Part shown: positions 1 to 8,722 of the stretch, one piece after another
Numbering within the stretch: position 1 is the stretch's first letter
Layout of the letters: the number at the start of each line of letters is the position of its first letter
Source of the DNA: an uncultured archaeon
GTDB taxonomy: Archaea; Iainarchaeota; Iainarchaeia; Iainarchaeales; VGJJ01
Assembly (NCBI GenBank): GCA_964358055.1
Contig: CAYHNT010000003.1
Coordinates: forward strand, 1 to 52,729
Reading direction: 5' to 3'
DNA length: 52,729 nt
Notes under the pieces: model-generated
Database searches by the model: none
What the model was told of the DNA's origin: nothing
The model's input: the letters and a program-made list of their open reading frames with translations, nothing else
Position numbers and translations under genes: made by a program

Positions 1-3000
1 TTATTGATTCTGCACCCAGCACTTCCAACACTTCCTTGAAGTTGGTTTCTTTTTTGTTCACTGTTTCGGCGTCGAACAGAATCACAATACTCTTGTAGGC
101 CTCAGGGTAAGAGGTTTTGATCTCGTTGAGCTTAGTGTTCAGGCTGCTAATGTAACTCCCTGCGTTGTCTTCGTCCACTTTGTTCATTTCTTTGAGTTTG
201 ACCAACGCTGCACTTTTGGTGGTGCTTGGAGGAGCACTCAAGATGCTTCCTCCTTTGTCTAAGAGGAATGAAAGAATAGGCTTAGAGGTGGCCACCGAGT
301 CGTCCGTAATCTTATGGGTCTCTACTAAGTGCGTGAGCATGTTCTGCGTGTTATAGGTTACACTCACGTCGGAGAATGCTCCTTTCTCTTTGTTCTTCTT
401 GATCATCTGATTGAACGTGTCTATTTTCTTCATCATCCAGATGGTAAATTGGGTGGCGTCGCAGAATTGCACATTACAATTTGGACTCTTGTCCCATGTC
501 CATTCCCACGTTATTTTATCAAATCCGTATTGAGGACGAACATCCGTGCCGGTGAAATAGCCTTCGTTCTCACAGGCTAATGGTTGGAACTGGGCAATGC
601 TGGCGACTTTTCCGGGCTTTGCTACGGTAATCTTGAAAGGCAACTCAACAGGCTGCGTGCTCACGTTAAATGCGGTGCGCGTCACGCTGAGTTCGAGTTT
701 ATTTTCAATAATGGCATCCGTTTGCAACGTGGGGGGTCGTGTAATCGTTACTTGAATGTTTCGTGCCCCTACAATTTTGAACGTGGCCGTGACATTGGGA
801 TTTTGTGCACTCGTAAAGAGGGTGGTTTCCAAATTAGTAAGCGTGTCTCGTCCTCCACAGAACTCATCCCCGACTTTCAACACTTCTCCAGGCGTTTGCG
901 TGGTGATGGTGATACTGGTGCTTCCTTTGAAGTCCTGATCGTCTAATGTAATGTCGGCGAGTGCGAGTGAGTTAATACACTGTTGGAAGTTGGTCAAGTT
1001 AGGATTACCATCCCCAATGTCCAACACTCCTGCTGCTTTGAAGAAGTTCTCGAAAATAACCGGGAAGGGCTTCTGTTGTCCTCCCCCATAGGCATCCAAG
1101 TATTTCACGGAAACCGTTCCATAGGATTCGACGCGATAATATTGTCCTTCTAGGAAGTATTTCAAATCCAATATTTGCTGTCCGATTCCCGCTTGAGGGT
1201 TGGCAAACGGATTGTTTACTTTTTTATAAGTATCAAAGTCAGGGAATATTTGGAATTCTAGTTCCTGTACCGAGTCTCTTCCTTCCCCTCTTGTTTGCAC
1301 GCCGATTAATTGGATGTCTTGCACCATACTGTTGGGCTTTGATTGAGTGGATCCCTTTTCAGTTAACGTGATTTCATCGTTCACGTTGAAGTAGGATGCA
1401 ATCGTGACGGTGTCTGCACTGGGTACTAATCGTACTCCTGCGTTGTAACATTTGTTGATGACTTTTCCTTTCACGGGCTTTTGAATTAATTCGTTGAATC
1501 GGAATTTTGTTTTGTCCAATTGAATACAATCTGCGTTGACTTCCGTGGGGCTCTTGATGAGCACGTCGATGACGGATATTTCAAGTGATGCATCCGTGCT
1601 TCCTTTGGAGCGTGCGCTTACAAACACGGGGTACTTTCCAATACGATATCCGCTTCCCACGCGAATGCGTTCGTTCTGATTGGGTTTGAGTACGAATCCT
1701 GTTTTGCTTACTTGTACGTTAGGATCGGCATCGAGTTCGATTTCGATTTCAGACTGGCAACTGTTTTCAATGCGAATCTCGGTGCTTCCGCACGCAAAGA
1801 ATGCTCCTGCTCCTTGGACGGTGTTGTAATTATCCATGTAGGGGTTGGCATAGGGCCCTTGCATGCTGGAATATCCATTCTGCTGGCTGAACTGTGCGCC
1901 TCCCTGACTGTATCCCCCAAATCCATCGTATCCACTCGCACCGTATTGTGGAGAGAAGGTTCCGTTTCCAAATTGGTAGGAGCCGAATTGTCCGGAGGTA
2001 GATGAAGGTAACAGGCTGCTTCCGCTGGGATTAGTAGTATTATTGAGCGTACTATAGCTTGGATTGTAATACGGCACTCCCGTCGGGCGATACACTTGGT
2101 TGAAATAATTACCCATCTGCCCTGCGCCTGTGTTCATAGGACATGAGTCGATTTCCAATAAGTTGGGCGTGCGGACAATGATGCATTTGCTGAGCGAATT
2201 AACTACAAGATTGACTTTCACTGTCTCTTCCACTAAATCAGGTACTCCATTATCGGTGAGGTTGGTGGCTTGGAAGATAATTTGTGGAGTTGCGAGTCCT
2301 GATTGAATAGCGTGTGGAGAAAAGCTAGTGGTGACCACGACTTCTCCTCCTGCGGGAATCTCGTTGAGGATTGTTTTGAATGCGCTTCCGAGTTCAGTAC
2401 TCTTGTCGCTTGAAACAATAGTAAATGTACCCAGTGCGTCTCCTGAAAGTTGCTTAACTTTGGAGGAGAGGTTGGAGAGTTTGATGGGCACTCCCTTCAC
2501 TGTACAGGTGTTTTTGATTTCAAACGATTGTTGTTTGGTTTCACTGGGGTCTGCGTACACGTCCCATTGTACAGGGTCGACGAGCAAACAGTCTTCGGAA
2601 TCCACTTCTCCACCAAATCCAATTTTCAAGGTAAGAGGGAGCTCGTTCACGAATGTTTTTCCACTGGTTCCGCTTTCAAGTTTAACTAATACACTTCCCT
2701 TGATTGTTTTGGCGACCAATAAGTTTTGTCCCTTCTCTGTGAGGGAGAATGCAAATGTGATGTTTTGATCGTGGTTGACGCCTAATACTTCTCCTACAAT
2801 TTCTTCATTGATCAAATCAAACTTTACAAGTTCGTCAAAGTCTCCAGAGAGGGAGATTTCCTTAATGGTCAACGGTATGCTTGCTAAATTGAGCATGTGC
2901 ACGTCTTTGGTTTTTTTCGTGGTTCCATTCACAATGAGTGTTTCGTTTAATTGGGAGGGAATGAATGCCACAATGTCCGCACCTACTTTCAAGGATAACG

Positions 3001-6000
3001 TAATGGGTTTGAATCCCTGCTTCTGCACTAATACGTTTACTACGTCATTGGCGTTGGGCTCGTTCAGCTCGAAGGGGAACACTCCTTCAATGTCGGTGAA
3101 CCCACTCGTGAGTAATGTTTCATTCAGTTTGACTTCCACGGATGCATTCTCTAATGGAATAGAATCGCTTCCCAATAGTTGGGTGACGTGGATCAATAGT
3201 TGATTGGTGAGTAAAGGCAGAATGGCCTTGGGGACGATTTCCACATCCAATACCCCTGCGGCATTCACTCGAATGAGGAGTTCGCGCGCAAACACTTCTT
3301 TTTTGTTGCTCACAATGGAGAACGAGACTTTTCCCGTTCCTTCTTTGCTCGCGTCCATGTTTACGAATCCAAATACCACGTTGTTCTTTTGTACGGTTCC
3401 AATGGGTATCTCTACTTTGTTTCCGCTCACAATGCCTGACTTTTTTGCCCCTACTGCGTTGGTGACTTCATATGCATTGAGTGTGGCGCTTCCTGAGGTA
3501 GAAGAAAGAATCAAGCTGGTGTCGGCGAATACACTATCGGAGATGCTGGTGAAGGTGAATAATATTTTGTGTTTACTACTAATGTCTACTTCGTAGTCGT
3601 CTAACAAACTAGTCTGGAGTCCGTTTCCAATGTCTTCTCCTACTATTCCTAAACAAAAGTCCTTCGTGCAAGTATGAGTGCCTGCTCCGGTGGAGTAAAG
3701 TTTGACATTGGCGTTCGCGTAAAGTCCTTGTTTCTGTGAAACACTCTCGCTTCCTCCTAATACGGCGTCAACCGGGAATCGCACGTAGCTACCTGTACGT
3801 CCCCATGCACGATAATACAAAGGTAAGTCTGCTCCTTGAATGGTGGAGTCTTTCACCGTAACATCGACTTCTACAATTGTTACGCCTTCTCTTGCGGGTC
3901 CGAATACGACGTTGGCCCACTTAGCATCGGCACTCGTTAAGTGTTGGGAGTCAATTCCCAATCCGGTGGGGGGCGTGTACGTGGTTCCTTTTTGTAACTT
4001 AGAATAGGCTCCGCGTACGTTTCGAATGAACCATCCGTCGTTCTCAATGGGGTTGGTTTGGTCCTCATTTGAGTTACCCGTACGAATGTGAATCCCTGCT
4101 TCATCGTAGTCCGTATTGGGGGGAACCATGAGTGCGAATCGGATGGTATACGTTTGTCCGGGGGATAGTCCTGATTCTTCTAGGATGGGCGTGCCATTTA
4201 CTAATATGGCGAGTGGGATGATTTCCAATCGTGGAATATCCGTGACCATTTCCACGCTCACGTTTTGCGTGATTCCTTTCTTCATTTGCAGGGGCAATGT
4301 GACATAGGGTTCGTGGTTAGGCTCGTTGACTACAAAGTACACGTATCGGTCGGCGCGCAATGTTAACTCGGCGCTTCCATCCACATTCGTGGCGACTTCA
4401 TTTCCCACGTTTGAATGAGTGACACCATCGACTGCTTGAATGGTTGCTCCTGCGAGTGGTTGTCCATCGAATCCATTCACCATGAATGCAACGGTCCCCG
4501 TTCCAATCACTAATTTGATTGTACTTTCCACGTTCTCGCGTGCCTTGACAATGAATAAGTCGGATTTGATTTGGTCGGAGAAACCCGGTTTGTACGCGGT
4601 GGCAAAATAGGTTCCTTCTTCTAAACTCGTGAATTGCACAGTCCCGCTGACTCCTGTAACTTTATTGGCTCCCACGCTCGCACCGGAGGGGGATTTCTTC
4701 AATGCAACAAATGCGTTCTCTACCGGTTGATTCAATTCGTCAATTACTTTCACGGTGACAATTTGGCTATTTTGTAACGTTGCTTTGGTTAATGCAACTT
4801 GCGTGTAGCCCGCGCTTGAAACAGTAACCGGGACTGCACTCTTGATGAGGTACGTAGGGTGATCCACGCTCACCGTTAAACTATTCGGTGATGAAACCGA
4901 GAATGTAACTTGTCCGCCTTCGTTCGTGGTTTTCGTTCCAATGATTTGGGTTCCGCGCGACAATACTACTTTGGCTTGTGCCACGGGCGCGAGGCTTCCC
5001 TCATCGACCATTTGTAAACGCACTTCTCCCACGGATGCAAGTTGTACCGTGAGTGTTTTTTCCACGGGTTGAACGTCATTCACTTCAATGGGTCCCGAGT
5101 CTAATTCTCCATACGTTCCGTCGCTTGCAACGAATACAACATACGTGTCAGGTGCGAGTCCGGTGAACTCAGCAAACCCTGCGGAGTCGGTAAACTTTTG
5201 TGCGAGCTGGTCTCCGAATTTACTTTTGAGAATAAGCGTAAGTCCCGGCACTCCATTGGCGCTTTCATTATACACCGTTACACGCAACACGGCGTTCCCG
5301 GAAGTGGGTGCATTCACGTACAATGTGGAGGTGGTTCCGTCAATGTCAATAATCGTATTTTGCAATGTTAAGGTGGGATCCAATGATTGCACGCTCAATG
5401 TTTCACATTCTGCAGGCAAGTTGAGTGTGATTTGTCCACTTGTAACGGTGCTTGTTTGTTCGAATGAATCACCGGAGCACGCAAACAATAAAGGAATGGC
5501 TTCGTCAAATGTTTGATTCGTGTTTGTTTGATACAATTGAAGTGAGAGTGATTTAGTGACTGCAACCGTGAGTGCGTTTAATGTGCGCGTGTTTTCTCCT
5601 TGGTCCACTACAATGCTTTGGTCTTCAATCGCATACGCGTCATGGTCGCCTGATATAGTTACAAGTGTTCCAATGGGTATTCCCGTGAACGTGACTTTTC
5701 CATCGTTATCCGTTAATCGTTTTTGGAGTGCTTCTCCGCTCAATCCGTTTCCGCTTAATTGTACGGGAATTCCGGCCAAGGGTGTCTGTGTTTCGTCTTG
5801 AACTAAAACAGTAAGGGAGGTTCCTCCTCCAAAAACGGCGGGCAACACAAATGCCCAGAGTGCGCCCACAACCAAAAGTGTGGCGAGCACGGCGACGGGA
5901 AAAGAGGGAATGTTTTGTGCTTCTATTTTGTCAATGACTCCATATACGGGCACATGGTGCGCGTCTAGCCAGTCCAGGAGGGAATAATAGTTGTCCTCCA

Positions 6001-6001
6001 T
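1..6001 (-). CDS. Giant N-terminally membrane-anchored surface protein, paralog of the 2572-aa ORF (partial, at least 2000 aa; C-terminus lies beyond the left window edge)
   Basis: Absent from the supplied ORF track because it is open-ended. I translated the minus strand in the frame of ATG 6001-5999 (plus-strand triplets at positions 2,5,8...). I found no tta/cta/tca triplets in that phase in any line I checked between 6001 and 2. The N-terminus MEDNYYSLLDWLDAHHVPVYGVIDKIEAQNIPSFPVAVLATLLVVGALWAFVLPAVFGG is a short head plus one TM helix. It is followed by repeated ~80-aa beta-sandwich-like modules (LTVLVQDETQTPLAGIPVQLSGNG...). The head, TM, module pattern, Y/G/Q/N-rich insert and C-x3-[FY]-CDA-x-Q motif all match ORF 8723..16441. 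Confidence 0.8.
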   Translation of the reverse strand, partial: MEDNYYSLLDWLDAHHVPVYGVIDKIEAQNIPSFPVAVLATLLVVGALWAFVLPAVFGGGTSLTVLVQDETQTPLAGIPVQLSGNGLSGEALQKRLTDNDGKVTFTGIPIGTLVTISGDHDAYAIEDQSIVVDQGENTRTLNALTVAVTKSLSLQLYQTNTNQTFDEAIPLLFACSGDSFEQTSTVTSGQITLNLPAECETLSVQSLDPTLTLQNTIIDIDGTTSTLYVNAPTSGNAVLRVTVYNESANGVPGLTLILKSKFGDQLAQKFTDSAGFAEFTGLAPDTYVVFVASDGTYGELDSGPIEVNDVQPVEKTLTVQLASVGEVRLQMVDEGSLAPVAQAKVVLSRGTQIIGTKTTNEGGQVTFSVSSPNSLTVSVDHPTYLIKSAVPVTVSSAGYTQVALTKATLQNSQIVTVKVIDELNQPVENAFVALKKSPSGASVGANKVTGVSGTVQFTSLEEGTYFATAYKPGFSDQIKSDLFIVKARENVESTIKLVIGTGTVAFMVNGFDGQPLAGATIQAVDGVTHSNVGNEVATNVDGSAELTLRADRYVYFVVNEPNHEPYVTLPLQMKKGITQNVSVEMVTDIPRLEIIPLAILVNGTPILEESGLSPGQTYTIRFALMVPPNTDYDEAGIHIRTGNSNEDQTNPIENDGWFIRNVRGAYSKLQKGTTYTPPTGLGIDSQHLTSADAKWANVVFGPAREGVTIVEVDVTVKDSTIQGADLPLYYRAWGRTGSYVRFPVDAVLGGSESVSQKQGLYANANVKLYSTGAGTHTCTKDFCLGIVGEDIGNGLQTSLLDDYEVDISSKHKILFTFTSISDSVFADTSLILSSTSGSATLNAYEVTNAVGAKKSGIVSGNKVEIPIGTVQKNNVVFGFVNMDASKEGTGKVSFSIVSNKKEVFARELLIRVNAAGVLDVEIVPKAILPLLTNQLLIHVTQLLGSDSIPLENASVEVKLNETLLTSGFTDIEGVFPFELNEPNANDVVNVLVQKQGFKPITLSLKVGADIVAFIPSQLNETLIVNGTTKKTKDVHMLNLASIPLTIKEISLSGDFDELVKFDLINEEIVGEVLGVNHDQNITFAFSLTEKGQNLLVAKTIKGSVLVKLESGTSGKTFVNELPLTLKIGFGGEVDSEDCLLVDPVQWDVYADPSETKQQSFEIKNTCTVKGVPIKLSNLSSKVKQLSGDALGTFTIVSSDKSTELGSAFKTILNEIPAGGEVVVTTSFSPHAIQSGLATPQIIFQATNLTDNGVPDLVEETVKVNLVVNSLSKCIIVRTPNLLEIDSCPMNTGAGQMGNYFNQVYRPTGVPYYNPSYSTLNNTTNPSGSSLLPSSTSGQFGSYQFGNGTFSPQYGASGYDGFGGYSQGGAQFSQQNGYSSMQGPYANPYMDNYNTVQGAGAFFACGSTEIRIENSCQSEIEIELDADPNVQVSKTGFVLKPNQNERIRVGSGYRIGKYPVFVSARSKGSTDASLEISVIDVLIKSPTEVNADCIQLDKTKFRFNELIQKPVKGKVINKCYNAGVRLVPSADTVTIASYFNVNDEITLTEKGSTQSKPNSMVQDIQLIGVQTRGEGRDSVQELEFQIFPDFDTYKKVNNPFANPQAGIGQQILDLKYFLEGQYYRVESYGTVSVKYLDAYGGGQQKPFPVIFENFFKAAGVLDIGDGNPNLTNFQQCINSLALADITLDDQDFKGSTSITITTQTPGEVLKVGDEFCGGRDTLTNLETTLFTSAQNPNVTATFKIVGARNIQVTITRPPTLQTDAIIENKLELSVTRTAFNVSTQPVELPFKITVAKPGKVASIAQFQPLACENEGYFTGTDVRPQYGFDKITWEWTWDKSPNCNVQFCDATQFTIWMMKKIDTFNQMIKKNKEKGAFSDVSVTYNTQNMLTHLVETHKITDDSVATSKPILSFLLDKGGSILSAPPSTTKSAALVKLKEMNKVDEDNAGSYISSLNTKLNEIKTSYPEAYKSIVILFDAETVNKKETNFKEVLEVLGAESI

Positions 6002-6072
6002 CCCATGGTAAAATTCCTGCCACCCCATACCCTATCACAACCTCACGTTAACTATGAAGCGCGATTAGCCCC

Positions 6073-6081
6073 TTTATATAT
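6073..6081 (-). promoter_or_regulatory. TATA-like box upstream of the partial giant gene
   Basis: TTTATATAT lies in the 131-nt gap between the stop of the 637-aa gene (6133) and ATG 6001. T-rich runs on the minus strand (6091-6125) just downstream of the 637-aa stop could act as an oligo-T terminator. Position only; no transcript data. Confidence 0.3.
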
Positions 6082-6132
6082 GTTGAGGAAAAAAAGCCGT
6101 AAAGGGGTACAAAACAAAAAAGCCCACGTCAC

Positions 6133-8046
6133 TCACGCGGAGGGAACGCATAAGGTGCAGGCGGCGTTGCACGTTTCATCCTGGAGACAACCGGTGGGGT
6201 TGGCAGTGGAATCGCAGGTTTCAGTTGAATCGAGTACTCCATTTCCGCACAAATTTTGTTCCACGCACATACTCACGTCAAATTTACACGCATTGGGTTG
6301 GCCGGGTTTGATGCAATGAAGTTCTCCTCCCGTGTAAACGGTTTCATTGTAGGGTGAAATCGTTTGGCATGTTTTTCCATCCAGTAATTCAGTTCCATTT
6401 ACTGTTCCTGAAAATTCAACATCACATTCTTCTCCCGATTCAATCACTCCATTTCCACATCCGGGAACAGGATTGTATGTTCCTTGCACGGCACACGCAG
6501 TTTGATTGCACGCACTTGCAGATGAAGCTAAATCGGGTCCGTTGATGAACGTGCTTGAAAGCGCTCCAATTGTCACGTCTTCCAAACAATAACTCACGCA
6601 CGTATTTTTGGTAAGAGAAGGAATAAATGAATCCACAATACGCACATCATAATACAATGGTGCGCGATTATCCACGACCACGTAACTCGTATTGGTTTCT
6701 TGGAAACGCAGCGTGACATTCGTGTTGACTAATTTGGAGCATTTTGCTTCCGTGTTTGGAATACCAATCAGTCCTTCGAAAATAATATCCTTGGTTGAAA
6801 AACTACTTACACTGGGTTGAATGTTTAATTGATTCGTGAGTAAAACAAAATCAGGAGACTGTGGAATGGATGCAAGTGAAATGGTCACTTGGTTATTTAC
6901 GATTCCCTTTACTAATGTGGTCAATGCATTTGCGCGCGAGGGTGCAGATGCCGGATCATATTTTGTAATTTCCGCATTGATGGTGCACAATCCTAATGAT
7001 GCGGCGGTTTGGTCACAAATTAAAGGAACGTTCCGTGGATATTCACTTTCAATGGCAGAGAATCCTGCTTGTTCGGCAGGACACAAGTTTCCTCCTTGAA
7101 TGGGCGATGGTGGAGGGTTGGGTCCCAGTTGCAATGCGGCAACCGTAAAGGGGGCGGTGCGATATCCACATACTACTTGTCCGCTTGTATCTACTCCATC
7201 GCACATTCCTACTCCCAATTCAGATAGGTGTGCGTGGAATTGAGGGGAAAGTAATCCGCCTCCTCCTGCTAATGATCCTTGGGCAATTTCGTGTGCGTAT
7301 TTCAACGCTTTGAAAATACGCATGGGCACGTAGATGCGAAATTTTCCTCGTGGAATAACCGGTTCAACGAGTTCTCTCCCGGTTGTTTCATCGTACACGT
7401 GAATCGCAGGGAGTTTTTCGTAATCCGCATCAGTAATGAGTGAAAAATCCAGGTTCACGTAAAACGTCCCCACACAATCTACAGGAGGCGTGTCTTCGTC
7501 GCATTTGACTACTTGTAAAAAATTGGTTCCGTCTCCACTCGTTTGTGAAAGTACGTTTTGGATGGCCTGTTTGATTTCGGGTTCCTGTCCTCCCTTAATT
7601 GAAATAGTGTGTCCTCCAATTTTTCGTGGATTCGATTGCACAATCACGTATAGGTTTGCTGCAATTCTTCCTGCGAGAATGCTTCCGTTTCCTTGTCCAA
7701 AAAAGAAGTTGGAGAAATCATCCTGGACTTGCTGCCATGCGAGTGATTGGGAAGAATAAGGGTAGGCGTTTCCTTGGTTTTGGGAATATTCCTCAATGGC
7801 ATTTCGTATTCCATAATTTACTACTTGCAATGCATCGGCGCGTGTTAAGTCGGCCAGGCTTTGCATGCGGGATTGGGCTTCGACTTCCAAAATAACTTGA
7901 TTGGATATGCGCTCGGAATTAATCATGGTATTCACGAGCAATCCGGCAAGGAGAATGAGCACGATGGATAGCAAAGCCGTGAATAAGGTGAATCCTTTCG
8001 CGTGCATGGGCATCTTATCCGGCTCGAGTATTAATATTCGTGGCAT
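6133..8046 (-). CDS. Large pilin-like protein: class III/prepilin-type N-terminus, large globular region, C-terminal Cys-rich CGNG repeats
   Basis: The N-terminus is MPRILILEPDKMPMHAKG|FTLFTALLSIVLILLAGLLVNTMIN (basic residue, Gly, then about 20 hydrophobic residues). The true start may be Met12 (8013) or Met14 (8007), which would give a short signal peptide. The C-terminus holds two CGNGV(I/L)(E/D)SxExCD units in a Cys-dense ~140-aa tail, resembling the Myxococcus cysteine-rich repeat / DUF4215 pattern. Confidence 0.7.
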   Translation of the reverse strand: MPRILILEPDKMPMHAKGFTLFTALLSIVLILLAGLLVNTMINSERISNQVILEVEAQSRMQSLADLTRADALQVVNYGIRNAIEEYSQNQGNAYPYSSQSLAWQQVQDDFSNFFFGQGNGSILAGRIAANLYVIVQSNPRKIGGHTISIKGGQEPEIKQAIQNVLSQTSGDGTNFLQVVKCDEDTPPVDCVGTFYVNLDFSLITDADYEKLPAIHVYDETTGRELVEPVIPRGKFRIYVPMRIFKALKYAHEIAQGSLAGGGGLLSPQFHAHLSELGVGMCDGVDTSGQVVCGYRTAPFTVAALQLGPNPPPSPIQGGNLCPAEQAGFSAIESEYPRNVPLICDQTAASLGLCTINAEITKYDPASAPSRANALTTLVKGIVNNQVTISLASIPQSPDFVLLTNQLNIQPSVSSFSTKDIIFEGLIGIPNTEAKCSKLVNTNVTLRFQETNTSYVVVDNRAPLYYDVRIVDSFIPSLTKNTCVSYCLEDVTIGALSSTFINGPDLASSASACNQTACAVQGTYNPVPGCGNGVIESGEECDVEFSGTVNGTELLDGKTCQTISPYNETVYTGGELHCIKPGQPNACKFDVSMCVEQNLCGNGVLDSTETCDSTANPTGCLQDETCNAACTLCVPSA

Positions 8047-8636
8047 TTATCGGCCGGATAGTCTTTTTCTTTTTTCCCGTTCAGGTTGGTCAAGGTAGTT
8101 TTCATCCGTAACGATGGGCCTCCCTATTTTGGCCTCCGCGTCTTTCCTCGCATTCCCGGCGACTCCTCCACCCTCTCTCGCTGCCTCTTGCGCACCGTGA
8201 AAACCATGAGCATTCTTTACCCGTGTAATTTCGGTCGTGACGCGCTCTCCTAACATGTTGAAAATAAGCTCTAAGTCATTCATATGGTCGCGAAGGTTTT
8301 CTTTTTGCAAGCCCTTAAGTTTCTTGTATTCCTCCACTGTTTTTCCGAACACTGGACAATCCTGAAACCCCCTTGCGTGTTTACGCAATTCATTCGCTGG
8401 GCGCCACCAGAGGTTTCGATGGAAAGGGTACGTACAATATGTACCCACCCTTCTGCAAGAGGTTCATCGCGTTGTTTCATTTTATTGATATACTGCTTTG
8501 GGTCCCTAGAATCGGTAACAGCTTGAACGATGTCTTCCAGGACAAACCACCATTCTTCTTTGTGCCATGTCCGCCTTATCTTTTTGTCGGCAAATACAAC
8601 TAATGATTCGATTGAATTATTTTTCTCATCAGCCAT
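8047..8636 (-). pseudogene. Decayed Bro-N-type (phage antirepressor / DinD-like) gene: internal deletion plus frameshift
   Basis: Two overlapping minus-strand ORFs in different frames. ORF 8280..8645 (ATG at 8636) gives MADEKNNSIESLVVFADKKIRRTWHKEEWWFVLEDIVQAVTDSRDPKQYINKMKQRD...GGAQRMNCVNTQGGFRIVQ, the N-terminal pattern of a bacterial Bro-N family as I remember it. ORF 8047..8448 gives ...FGKTVEEYKKLKGLQKENLRDHMNDLELIFNMLGERVTTEITR...GGGVAGNARKDAEAKIGRPIVTDENYL, the C-terminal pattern of the same family. The frames switch right after FRIVQ, and the roughly 80 aa that normally lie between the two parts are missing. Confidence 0.55.
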
Positions 8637-8722
8637 GCCGAACACTCTTTCGTAATCTTTATACGCTTACCGACGCCAATCCGCCGAACAAAAAATAACA
8701 GTGTGAGAAGTCGTTTCTCGCA

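Noticed and set aside
1-3. TAA formed on the minus strand by the first three bases of the window, as a stop for the left giant ORF
   Set aside because: It is out of frame with the ORF that starts at 6001. The in-frame last full codon is ATA at positions 4-2, so the gene continues beyond the window.
8047-8645. Treating 8047..8448 and 8280..8645 as two independent overlapping genes
   Set aside because: Each matches a different part of the same Bro-N-type protein family, and they overlap by about 170 nt in different frames. A single disrupted gene is the simpler reading.
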